From assembly GCA_964016885.1 (NCBI GenBank), contig OZ024740.1, positions 374,418,001 to 374,482,000 on the forward strand: a DNA stretch of 64,000 nt. Direction: 5' to 3'. The number at the start of each line of letters is the position of its first letter. The first letter of the stretch is position 1. This document shows positions 26,169 to 38,473 of this stretch, one piece after another. A program made the translations under genes and the position numbers. The DNA is from Eledone cirrhosa (Eukaryota). The notes below the pieces were generated by a model. It was not told the DNA's origin, searched no databases, and worked only from the letters and a program-made list of their open reading frames with translations.

Positions 26169-29100
26169 TTACAGACACATACTCAGAGAAGGCCCATTCA
26201 TTCGGGCCATACTTGCTTCTCTCACCCATCTTTTAACAAAATGCTGGGAAGAGAGCACTTCCCTCTCTACCCTGATTTTCCTTTTCAAATGAAATTTGAA
26301 AAAGTTAATCAGGGCATCACCGAAGAGGTAAGTGCTCCGTCTTCAGCCCTTTCAAACGTGTCCACCATACTATCTCTTTCGCCATGGCCACCAGACAGAT
26401 AAACACTGCCTGCCCTTCCCGGCTAAAGGAAGGGGGCGGGGCAACCCTCACGATGGACTCAGCTGATAGCTGGATCCGTCCTACATGTGACAGCAGGTGT
26501 TCGACATAAACCCACAAGTCAGCAATGCTCGGACACTGGACGAGTGCGTGCAGGACGGTTTCGTCGCCCTGTGCGCATCTCGGACATGCCCGACTGACGC
26601 CACCTCCATACCTGTAAAGTTTATCCCGAACTGGCAAAGCACCCCGGTAGCACTGCCAGGCCATGGATTTCTGGAAGTTGTCCATAGGCCCCGGCCCGAA
26701 AGTCCTTCCTAAGAGATTGGCTAGTTGTTTCTCGTCGACGCCTAGAGTTTCTCCAAGTACGTCGTCGCTCTTCCCCTCCACTAATCCCCTATAGAACGCC
26801 AAGGTGTAGTTTCCACCGATCACATTGCCCGATTGGTCGAGGGCTGTGAGCGCCTGGAGACATTCCAGTCTCCAAGCGCTCCCTCTCGGTCTTCCCTTGA
26901 CCCAGGACTGCAGCTCCGTCAAGGAGACGAGCTGGGGAAAAACGTGTCTAGCAAACGGCGATCACACCTGATCATCGTCGAGGAAGAGGTGGAGATGTCG
27001 TAGCCTGAGCGCGTGTCTGCGCATCATCAGCCACGGCATGCCCAGCCCTCCACGTACCGGGTGTTGACAGCAGATGGACCGCCTGACCATCGGAGCGCGT
27101 TCCTTCCACAAGCAGCGAAAGAGCAAACGCTCCAGCGCAGTCAGGCGGGGCTTATGACAAGGTACGACGGTCAGGCGGTAGTAGATGACGGACGCGATGT
27201 ACGCGTTAGCCACCTCCGCTCGACCTTTCAGGGATAGCTTCCTCTCGGCCCATTTCTGGGTGAGAGAAGCCACCCTGCTCGTCACCTCGTCCCAGTTTCT
27301 ATCCGTCTGGAGGTCTGGACCGAACCAGACCCCTAGCAATTTAACCGGTCCGTCTGTCCAGCGCCCGGCGACGCTGTTGGACGGCATGGACCTGCTTGTC
27401 CAGGTGCCGAGCTGCAGGCCCACTGACTTTTCCAGGTTGATCATTGCTCCTGTCACCGCTTCGTATTCTCTTAGTTTAGTGCCGATCGCCTCGATGTGTT
27501 TGGCGTTCGACACACACTACGGTGACATCGTCGGCATATGCTGACACGGATCTTCCGCATCCTAGTTCGCGCGGGATCCCCCTCAACGTCTCCAGTTTCT
27601 GCAGTAATGGCTCGAGAGTCAATACGTACAATAGGGACGAGAGGGGACATCCTTGGCGGACCGAGCGCATGATGTTGAACGGTTCCGAAAGGTGACCGTT
27701 CACTCTCACTACAGAGCAGATGTTGCTGTGCATGGCAGCGATCCAGCATCTGAAGACGGGCCCAAAGCCAGCCGCCCTCAGGACTGCCTCTTGGTAACGA
27801 TGGTCGACCCTATCGAAGGCTTTCGACTTATCTAAATTGATCAAAGACCCACCCGTGCCAGGTTCCCTAGCTACCCTCTCTACGATGTATCGGATGAGGT
27901 GGAGGTTGTCGTGGATGGATCTGTCGGGAATGGCGCATGTCTGTGCCTCTCCCACCAGACCACCAACGACAAGCGCCAACCTCTTTCCTTGCACCTTGGC
28001 CAAAATCTTGAACTCTGTGTTTAGCAGAGTTATGGGCCTAAAATTATCTATGTTATCCCCCTGTTCGGATCCTTTCTCAGCAGCGCCACCGCTCCTCGGC
28101 TCACAGAGCTGGGAATTCTCCCGTTCTGTTGCCAGTTGCAGTAGACATCCGCCAAGAGGCCTCCGAACAAGTTTGGCATTTGTACGTAAAGTTCATATGG
28201 CAGACCATCCAAACCAGGCGATTTACCCCTTGTGCAACTAGTCATTGCATCCCGTACTTCAGCGGTTGTTATCGGCTTTTCGCAACACTCCGCCTCAGTG
28301 GCCGAAAGCCGCGGCAGTCCGTCGAGGTAGACACTAAAGTCCATCCCTCGATCCGGCCCGCCACTGCCCCCGAACAGTTGAGCGAAGTGTCGCTGAAAAG
28401 CTTCACACATTTGCCCGGGATCGAGTAGCATGCGCCCGTCGTTGCCCACCAAAGACCGGATCGTGGCTTTGTTGCCACGGCGCGCCTCCGCCACTCGGGC
28501 CCATTGAACGGCTTTCGTCCCCTCGTGTCTGAGAGCACGCACCCTAGCTCTGACAACGCAGCCTTCGTGCTTTGCATTGACGAATTGGTCAAGGGCCAAT
28601 TTCGCCGCAAGTACGTCGGTCGCGATGCCTTTGCTAAGCGCCTCATCTAATTTTCTAACTAATTCTCCCTCTGCTCTATTTTTCTCTATTGCTAAAGTCT
28701 TACTAAACCTAATGGACTCTATTCTAATTGCTCTTTTCAGAGGAAACCACCACTTGTTGTCGACGATGGCCCCCGTCAACGCCCGCTTAACTAGTTCGCT
28801 AATCAGGTCTCTGTAGGCCTTGTGCGCTGGTAAGGACGCGTTTAGCTTCCAGTAGCCGGGTCCTCGTCTATGAAGCCTATCTAAGTCAAGCACACAGATC
28901 ACGAATTTGTGGTCCGTGTAGCTGACTATCTTGAATTGTGGACAGCCTATGCTAGACCTATCTATTTCCCTACAAAATACTCTATCTAGATATGATCTGG
29001 ATGACCCAATGCGATTTAACCAAGTCCACATTGGTACATTCGGGAAATCCATTCGGTACCTGTCAGACAGTTCAAAACGTCTGAGCAGGTTGGTGAGTCT

Positions 29101-29591
29101 CTTGCACCCTCCTTCCATATCCACTAATCCCACACAATCCCAGCATGCATCTAAGATCCCTATCCAGTCGCCCACTAACACTAAAGAGCGGGACGTTCCA
29201 AGAAAGGTCTCCAGGCGCCGGAAGAAATCAGGCCGCCCTACTCCTGTCGGGGCATAGACGGCCACTGATCTGAAAGCTTGGCCGTCTCCGCTGGTCACGT
29301 CCAGCACCACCAACTTACCTTCTGGGTCCAGGAAGATGGCCCGTATAGCAAGATCCAAACCTCTCCGAAAAAGCACAGCAACTCCCCCCCCCCCGATCCC
29401 GGACGGCTGGGAGATGCGTACACATCGTAGCCGCCGAAGATCGGTGCTAAAACCTGTGCTTCGGAGATTCTGGTCTCGCTGATGGCCACTACAACTATGT
29501 TTAGTGACCTGAGGTCGTTGAGCAGGTGGCCCTGCTTCCATGACGACCCCAAGCCACGCGCATTTATGCTGCCTATTCTGAGTGAGGTCAT
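26169..29591 (-). pseudogene. Tx1a ORF2 (AP endonuclease, RT, C-terminal Cys/His motif), frameshifted
   Basis: Motifs SINARGL, ISETR, VGDW, YLDRVF, TDHK, PGYWKLN, KSPGLDGLP, KAFDRVDH, RQGCPLS, YADD and CPRC...ETVLHALVQC. Confidence 0.92.
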
Positions 29592-29625
29592 GTTGAAAAG
29601 GAGTGGAAAAGATGGGAAAGACCAC

Positions 29626-31479
29626 TTACCTTACTTCTCGTAGGGGAAGGACGGTTTTTCCATCCTTTTCACTGCTTGTGGCCTCCTCAGGAAGGATGTC
29701 CTTATAAATCCTCCTGGAGAGTGCTTGTCGGAAGTCTCCGATGTCTTTGGGGAATTTTTGTTTTAGTGTCATGTACGTTTTCTGTGTGATGCGAGTGATT
29801 TGTATGTGTGGAGTTGGTGTGAATTTTGGGGTTGTTGTGTAGTCTTTTTCTGTGATGCTGGTATTGTGTTGGATGTAGTGTAATAATTGCTTGTTGTTCA
29901 AATTTAATGCTGTGTAGTGTGTATCGTTTTGGTTGTTTTGTTTTGTTTGCGTTTGTTGTGGGTTTGTTTCTGTTTCGCATTTTGGTGACTTTTGTGGTGT
30001 AGGTGATGGTGGTGTTGGGGTTAATGATGGTGATGGTGTTGGTGTTTGGGTTGATGGGGTTGGTGATGCTGGTGTGGATGGTGGCATATCTGTCCTAACT
30101 TTTTTGTTTCTTAATTTATTTGTTTCCCTCTGTATTTTCTTTTTGGAGGGGGAAGGAAGAGAATTTTTTTTTTTTTTTTTTCCGGATATCGTTTCCCACT
30201 CCTCGTCGTCACAATCTGTCTCCAGTTGTGATAGGCCGGGGAGTGGAAAATCCTCCACAGCCGTTAGTTTTGGTTGTGGCGTGGTGGATGGTGTAGGCGC
30301 TGGTGCTATTCTGAAGTGTTGGGTGGTGGTGGTGTTGGTTTTGCTGGTGGTGGTGGTGGTGTTGGTTTTGCTACTGTTGCTGGGGTTGTTGCTGTTATAG
30401 TTGCTTCTCTTGTTGCTGCTACAGTTGTTGCTGCCATCTCTGCTACTGGTGGTGTTGATGGTTGTGTCACTGGGGTGGGTAGGAGAGGTGGCCTCAACCT
30501 TTTAGCCTGAGGGCAGAAAGCCCTTAGGTGGGTTCCTTCACCACAAACGACACACCTAGGTCTTCTGCCCTCGACAATTACCGTGAGGTGGCTGCCGTGA
30601 GTGAGGTCTATTACCTCTGGGAACTCCTCAATGCTTTTTTGGTCCGCTTGGATCAGGAGCTCCATCCCAGATCCGGACCAGTTCTCCTTGTTTTCTTTTG
30701 CTATTGCTATTATTTTCGTGTTGGCTTCGATGCCGGCGAGGACAGCCGCTATTAGCCAGGGAATTTCGATGGCCGGTGGAACGTGGGTCACCGTGATCTT
30801 TACGAGTCTCAGGCCACAATAGCTTGGGACGAGTGTGAAGTCGTCACTTCTTAATGGGGGCCATGGAGTGTTCTCTAGACTCCTCTGGTGCTTCAAAGAA
30901 CACGTCCACGGTTCCATACTTTTGCCCACGTCTGATGTGGGTTTTCCTTGCCCACACATGTCCCAAAGCTTTTTGGATTTGGGACTCGGATGCCCGTTCC
31001 ACTCGGCGCGATTTTACATTTATTGTTCCATACGACACGGTGCATAGGCGCCGATGCTCCATTTTATTAGGTGAGGGGGGGGGGGTGAGGCTGACCCTGT
31101 ACCCATCTTTCTTTACCATTTGTTTGGCATTTTCTAAATCCTCCTGAGTTACCGTAAATGCTTCGAACTGTTTTGCTACTCTGGCGAAACTGAGGGGGGT
31201 GGTGTTTATAATGTCATTGTTGTTGTTCTTGCTTTCGTTAATATTAATTTTAGTTTCAGTTGTGGTGGTGGTGACATCAGTCGTCTTTGGTGGGGAAGAG
31301 TCCATTTTGCTTGATTTCATTTCGACATCACGAGTTAATTTATTTTTTTCTTCTTTTGTTTCTGTTGTCGCGGTGGTGGTGGTGGTGGTGGTGGTGGTTG
31401 TCGCGGTGGTGGTGGTGGTGGAGGCTTTAACACCTGCAGTCATTGGTAATGGCGGGAAATGAATGTCTGCCTGAGACAA
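29626..31479 (-). pseudogene. Tx1a ORF1 (gag-like, one CX2CX4HX4C knuckle, Pro/Thr-rich linker), in three frameshifted pieces
   Basis: ORFs 30844-31479, 30306-30959 (CVVCGEGTHLRAFC) and 29626-30258. Collinear similarity to ORF1 at 42.2-44.3 kb, e.g. RVERASESQIQKALG versus RVERATEAQIQKALG. Confidence 0.85.
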
Positions 31480-31820
31480 ATTTAAAATATTGCTAGTGCT
31501 TATATTTTTTTTGTGTTGGCAAATGTAGTAACATTTACGATGGTGGTGTCGGTGTGAGGTGTTAATTTGTGAGGGAGGCTTTCAGCTGCTTCGTGCAGAG
31601 GTGAAATAGCCATTTTTTTCAAAGAAATTTTTTTGATAATAATAAAAGTTTAATTTTGGGCACAAGGCCCCAATCTATTTGGGTGTCCTTTTCGGAAAAC
31701 GATGTATGTGCGCTTATAAACAGTTAACAATAAAATTTTCCATAAATGACAATTTTTAACAAACCGAAATAACAAAACTTTGCGGAGCTCACGATGATAC
31801 GAGTTACTACGTAGGTCGCC

Positions 31821-31874
<54 letters not shown>

Positions 31875-31953
31875 TAATATTAATTGTGGAATTTTTCATA
31901 ATAATAAATATAATAATATCAATATTATTATAATACTTGTTGTCTATAATAAA

Positions 31954-32012
<59 letters not shown>

Positions 32013-32013
<1 letters not shown>

Positions 32014-33530
32014 TAATATTAATTGTGGAATTTTTCAGGGTGACTCTTTATCACCGCTTTTATTCTGGATCGCACTTATACCATTAAGTAAAATGGTCAA
32101 TGAAACAAAACATGGATATAAAATATATGACAAAACCATTAATCACTTGTTCTACATGGATGACCTGAAACTATTTGCAAAAAATGATGAACAATTGCAA
32201 GGGCTATTATCCACTGTGAAGCAGTTCAGTGATGACATTAAAATGGAGTTTGGACTAGACAAATGCGCCAAAGCAACGTTCACCAGAGGAAAGCTGCTGA
32301 AGAGTTCAGACATTAATCTTGATCGGGGGAACGTGATAAGAGAACTTGATCAGGAAAAAACTTACAAATACCTAGGTGTTTGTGAAGGAGACGGAATCAA
32401 GCACTCGACAATGAGGGAAAGGATAAGGAAGGAATGTTACCGCAGAGTAAGAGCAATCTTAAGAACAGAATTGAAAGCAAGGAATAGGATCGATGCCATA
32501 AACACGCTAGCCATACCAGTAGTAACCTACAGTTACAATGTCATCAAAAGGTCAAGCACAGAGATCCGTAGGCTCGATACACAAATTCGAAAACTCTTAA
32601 CCATGCACAGACTGCATCACCCTAAGGCAGATATAGATAGAATATATCTCCCTAGGATAGAAGGAGGACGTGGGTTAATCCAGTTAGACATTGCGTTGAA
32701 AACTGCAACAATTGGATTATCTACATATCTAAGGGAATCACATGGATGGATGATCAAACTCTTTTGAAACACGAAAGCATCAAAAGATCATATTCCATTA
32801 CAAAAGATGCACAAAGATACAGTAATGGACTACAAATTTCAGAAGTCCCATTTACTGCTGAAATGGAAAACACAGAAAAAGCAAAGCAGGTAAAAGTAAC
32901 TGCAAAGAAAGAACTGCTACAGAAACTGGCTAAGAAATGGCAAGAAAAGCCTCTGTATGGAAAATACCCAGAGCGTGCTAACAATCCTGATGTTGACAAA
33001 ACTTTAACCCATCAGTGGTTGGCATCCTCTGGACTGAAATCGGAGACTGAAGGACTGATTATATCCGCACAAGATCAGTGTCTGCCAACAAAAAATTACC
33101 AAGCCAACATAATAAAACATGGATGCAGCCCGTTATGCCGTGTATGCAAAAAAACAACCAAAAAACAACCAAAATTGAGCAAGTATAAGGACCTGGAGAT
33201 AGAAATTGGAAAAATGTGGAAATTGAGAACTAAAACAATACCAGTGGTTGTAGGCGCTCTGGGAATGATACCTAAGGGGTCTAATGATTACATATCGCAA
33301 ATCCCAGGAAACCCGCGTATAGGAGAAATACAAAAGATAGTACTAATGGGAACTGCCCATATACTAAGGAAGATTCTGTCAATATAAGTACATCACAAGT
33401 CTAAACACTAAAGATGCATGTGTGAATATGTATGTTCTTTCTTGAACATGGCGGACCTTGTTGTCTCTTGAGGTCACTGGTTGTGACTTGGTGATAACTC
33501 GTATGAACATAAAGCAAGATAAATGCAACT

Positions 33531-33531
<1 letters not shown>
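32013..33531 (+). mobile_element. Family B 5'-truncated copy (starts in RT), with a frameshift and a deletion in the RLE region
   Basis: ORFs 31937-32767 and 32746-33387 match 7210-8870. CRVCKK is joined almost directly to LSKYKDL, and the 3' end runs into (TAA)n. Confidence 0.92.
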
Positions 33532-33583
<52 letters not shown>

Positions 33584-33584
<1 letters not shown>

Positions 33585-33818
33585 TCAAAGAGATCCCGAT
33601 TGTCATAGGCGCACTAGAGACTATCACAAACAGTTTCCAGGGATGGTTAAAGAAAATTGGCCCCTTCACGCTTTTTGGAACGCTTCAAAAGGCATGCTTG
33701 CTGGGAACAGTAATAACCCTCCGATACGTCCTGAATATCTGAGGCTGCAGGTAGTGGCTTGATATTCATTTCAACAAACTTTCCATTTAACTAACATCAA
33801 TGACTGAGATTCAAAGAG
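33584..33818 (+). mobile_element. Family A 3'-terminal fragment (about 235 bp)
   Basis: Encodes VKEIPIVIGAL...LRYVLNI* plus the A 3' UTR, between TAA tracts. Confidence 0.9.
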
Positions 33819-33883
33819 TAATAATAATAATAATAATATTGTTATACTTTGGGAGGGTCATGTTGCCAATAATAATAATGTTT

Positions 33884-36800
33884 AATGTTTAAATCCAATA
33901 TTAAGGGAATATGTCAACACATATATTAAACATACGCGACAAACCTCATAGATACACCGATCAAACAAACTACAGTCTATTCAACAAGACTCAGTATCGA
34001 CAACGCCATCACTATAGTCACCGCCGCCACCACTCCACCCATCATTGCTACCACTATCCCATCACCGCCGCCACCACACCTTCATTGCTATCACTACTAT
34101 TCCCCCATTACCTTCTGTTAACTTACGAAAGGGGAAGGTGGCGGTATCACTAGACAATATCAATATTTAATTTTGGATCAGGAATGTTATAGTCGAAAAG
34201 GTGGAAAATGGCAAAATGGCTAAATAGCTAAATAGCTAAATGGTTAAGTGGACAGAGAAGATAATTTCACCACCAACACCACCACCACCACTACCACGCT
34301 AAAACCTCTAGTCAAGTTACCTCAACTTCTATTTCTACTTCAACTTCACTACAGTACTGCGATCACAGCACACCACCACTGCCTCATTATCGCCACCGCC
34401 GCTATTCTCTCCCACTACATCCTGCTAGGTACTAGTAGCACAGCACCACCACCACCACCTCCTCATTATCACTACCGCCGCTATTCTCTCCCACTACATC
34501 CTGCTAAGACATGCATCGTAGTGTCCCCACTAAAAGAAGAAGGCATCAAAATATATAAATAGACTGACTTGATGACCCGGTCAAAAAATTAAAAAAACAA
34601 AAATCAAAATCAAAGCAGCACAGAAACAACGAAAAACGTAAAGAAAAGAAAAATGAAGACAAAATCAAAAAGACGGACGGAGAGGGGGAAGGGGAAAAAC
34701 TAAGTCAGACATTCAAACATTACATTACAATGAAACTTATGCTTATTCTTTTTTGGTTTGTTTTTCGCCTGTTTGTTTGTTTGTTTGTTTATGTTAGTCT
34801 ACAGCGTGATAGTGCTACACACAAATCACCGGGAGTGATGAAATCACGGGAGGTCATGAAATCACCGGTGGTTATGTAACCATACATCACCAATCCTCGA
34901 TAAGAGTATTTAAATGTCGAACCTAAACAATTCGAATAACGATGAATTGGAGACTAGAATGTCATGTGACATACTCTCACCCAGCAGATGCTCCCTGGCA
35001 CAGCAGCAGGGACCTGGCTGTCATCCAAATACTGCTGGTGTCGGAGGAAGAAGAAGAAGGAAAAGGACCAGAACCAATTGGACGAAAGAATTGAATAGAA
35101 CTGTTTTGCAATGTTACCTGAAGAGTAACCCCAAGGAGAAAGGCTATAGGAAACGGATGCATAACATCTGGAACGAGATCGGTCTATTTAAATTAGATGA
35201 ACAAAAATTGGTCGGTCAGGCTCGGGTAAAAAGAACTAATGGAAGGATAAGCGAGCTGGAACTGGAGGAACTGAGCAGACAGATTAGCTTGGAGATGAAG
35301 AGTGGAGTATGCCAGGCAAACGAGCCAGTAGGAAATGAAGGTGAAGAGGTCGAAAGAAAGGATGAACCATCCGAAGCAGACAATGATCTGAATGCTGAAA
35401 TAAATAATACCTGGAACAAAGATCCGGCCACTGAGGAGATGAATGCTGACGGGCTAGGACAAGATTTGGTTGATATCCTAAACTTAGTGGCAGATGAATT
35501 GAACAATGATAGTGGCAAACCTATGAACCTAAGATTTGTAGACAGGAAAAAGTTAAAAGAAACAAAAGCTAAGGTAAACAAAGTAATCCCATAGCTTGAG
35601 GCGAAGAGCCTTCACCAGTGCAACAATATCCTCAAAGCAACAGCAAATGCGGTGAGGAAATTACTTGGTATAAAAGCGAGAGGAAACAACAAACAAGAAA
35701 GATCAGAGCCTTGGTGGAAGAAACGACTGAATGGTCAAATCAGGGAAATGAGAAATGACATTGGAAAGCTTGAGTCCCTACTGAATGTGACACTAAAAAA
35801 ACATAGACACTAAAAATAGACTGGAAATAAAGTACAAAACTAGGAGGAAAAGGCTAAATATTATCATAGAGGAACTGAAGCAACATTGTAGCAAAGGGTG
35901 CAAACATTAGGCGATAAGAGAGCAGTGTCAGTCAGTATAGACAGAACCGCATGTTTGACAACAACCAGACGATGCTGTTTGGACAGCTTGAAGGGAAAGA
36001 AAGTGGCAACAACTTGATCCCTGAGGCGAAACAAACGGAAACATTCTGGAGAGGAATATGGGAGCAGGATGTTAAACATAATGACCAGGCAGTGTGGATT
36101 GAGACAGTACAGAAGGAGATTAGTGAACAGGCACACCAACAAACTGACTTGAGTATCACAGTTGAAACTCTTAAGGGGCAGGCTAAAAAACTAACCAACT
36201 GGAAATCACCAGGCCCAGATGGTGTGCAGGGGTATTGGATTAAAAATATAACATCCCTCCACCCGAAACTGACAACCATGTTCAATGAGTGTTTGATGTC
36301 AGGTGAGGTACCAGAGAGGTTGACAAAAGGTACAACAGTTCTGGTAATGAAAGACCGAATCAAGAGTAATGATGTTACCAACTATAGACCTATCACATGT
36401 CTGTCTGTAATATGGAAACTGTTGACAAGCATTATGTCTGAGGAAATCTACCATCACCTCCACACAAACAACTTGTTACCGGACGAACAGAAAGGATGCC
36501 GAAAGAAGTCACGTGGTACAAAGGACCAGTTACTTACTGAAAAGATGGTAATTAGGAATTGCAAGAGGAGACACACTGGTCTTGCCATGGGATGGATAGA
36601 CTACAAAAAGGCATTTGACATGGTACCTCATTCTTGGATCACCAAAAGCCTAGAGATCTTCAAGGTGGCAGATAACATCAGACAGTTGTTGGGCAAAAGT
36701 ATGAAGTCCTGGAAAACAGAGTTAACATCAGCTGGAGAATCCTTGGGAGGCGTGAAGATCAAGAGTGGTATCTTCCAGGGAGATAGTCTGTCCCCTCTGT

Positions 36801-38413
36801 TGTTTGTCCTTGCCCTGATGCCCCTGACCATTATACTGCGAAATGTGAGAGCCAGATACAAGTTGGGAAAGGGAGAGCTTACCATCAATCACCTCCTCTT
36901 CATGGATTATCTTAAGCTCTTCGGGAAGAGTAAGAAGGGGTTGGATGTGTTTGTTGACACTGTCCGTATTTTCAGCAATGATATATGTATGCAATTTGGT
37001 ATTAGTAAGTGTGGAGTCCTTGTGATGAAGAGTGGTAAATTGAGCAGAAGCAAAGGAATCCGGGTACCAACAGGTGAGATGATAAAGGAAATTGACACTG
37101 AAGAAGGATACAAGTATTTGGGTGTTCTGGTGGCTGATGACATCAAGAACAAAAAACATGAAGGAATTGATAAGATCTGAATACATTAGGAGAGTATGGA
37201 GCGTATTAAAGTCACATCTGAACTGTAGGAATGCCATAAGTGCAGTAAATTCCCGAGCTGTGTCTATTATTAGGTACAGTGCGGGAATTCTGAGATGGAA
37301 TGTTGCTGAACAAAAAGAAATGGATAGGAAGACTAGGAAGCTATTGACTATCTACAACATGTTCCACAAGAGGAGTGATGTAGTTAGATTCTACTTAAGG
37401 AAATTTGAAGGTGGAAGAGGTCTTATCAGCATAGAGGACTAGTTACGATGGAGAAAAATAACCTACACAACTACGTGACTGATAGTAAGGAGCCAATGCT
37501 CAGAACTGTACTGAAGGAGAGGACAATAGACCTGGGAATGTCCAATGACGAAATAACAACAAGGAGAAAGAACAGCCTTCAGGAAAAAATCCCTTCATAG
37601 TACCTTCTTTGAGAAAACGGAATTCAGAGATCCACAGACATGGAACTGGTTGAAAAGAGGAGACCTTTAAAAGGCTACAGAAGGAATGTTAATGGCTGCG
37701 CAAGAGCAGGCCCCCACAACGAAGTGTTTGAGACACCATATTTACAAGAAGGAGGCTAGCCCACTGTGCAGGATCTGTGTAGAGAGAGAGGAGACTGTGG
37801 CTCACATTGTATCCGAGTGTAAATACCTAGCCCAGACTCACTATAAGGGCTGGAGACATGATGTGATGGGCAGGGTGATACACTGGCACATATGCAAAGT
37901 AAACAATTTACCACATTGTGAGAAGTGGTATGAGCATAAGCCAGACTCTGTGATAAAAAACGATCAGGTGAAGATTCTGTGGGATTTTAGGATACAGACG
38001 GACAAGAAACTGGAACACAATAGACCTGACCTGGTGGTTTTGGACAAAGAAAAAAGATCGTGCCTGATTGAGGATGTGGCCTGCCCATTCGACACGAGAG
38101 TGCAAGAGAAGGAGAGGGAGAAAATTAACCGATACCAGGACTTACAGTGGGAGGTAAAAAGGATTTGGAACTGCCATGAAGTCAAAGTGGTCCCGATTGT
38201 CATAGGCACACTAGGTACTATCTCAAAATGTTTCCAGGGATGGTTAAAGAAAATTGGCCCCTTCACGCTGTTTGGAACGCTGCAAAAGGCATGCTTGCTG
38301 GGAATAGCAAGAACCCTCCGATACGTCCTCAATAGCTAAGGCTGCAGGTAGTGGCTTGATATTCATTTCAACAAACTTTCCAGTTAACTAACATCAATGA
38401 CTGAGACTCAAAG
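33884..38413 (+). mobile_element. Family A (A2 subfamily) copy, leader partly truncated, ORF 34914-38339 with several stops and frameshifts
   Basis: ORF pieces 34914-35594, 35951-37180, 37092-37442 and 37686-38339 are collinear with 22409-25801; TAA tail. Confidence 0.93.
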
Positions 38414-38416
38414 AAC

Positions 38417-38469
<53 letters not shown>

Positions 38470-38473
38470 TAAT

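Larger units (their letters stand above)
25915..31820 (-). mobile_element. L1/Tx1-clade non-LTR retrotransposon, family Tx1a, full-length, frameshifted
   Basis: Two ORFs (CCHC gag-like ORF1; APE-RT ORF2). The 3' end is AATAAA plus 6 nt followed by (ATT)n, and the microsatellite flanks both sides. Confidence 0.92.
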
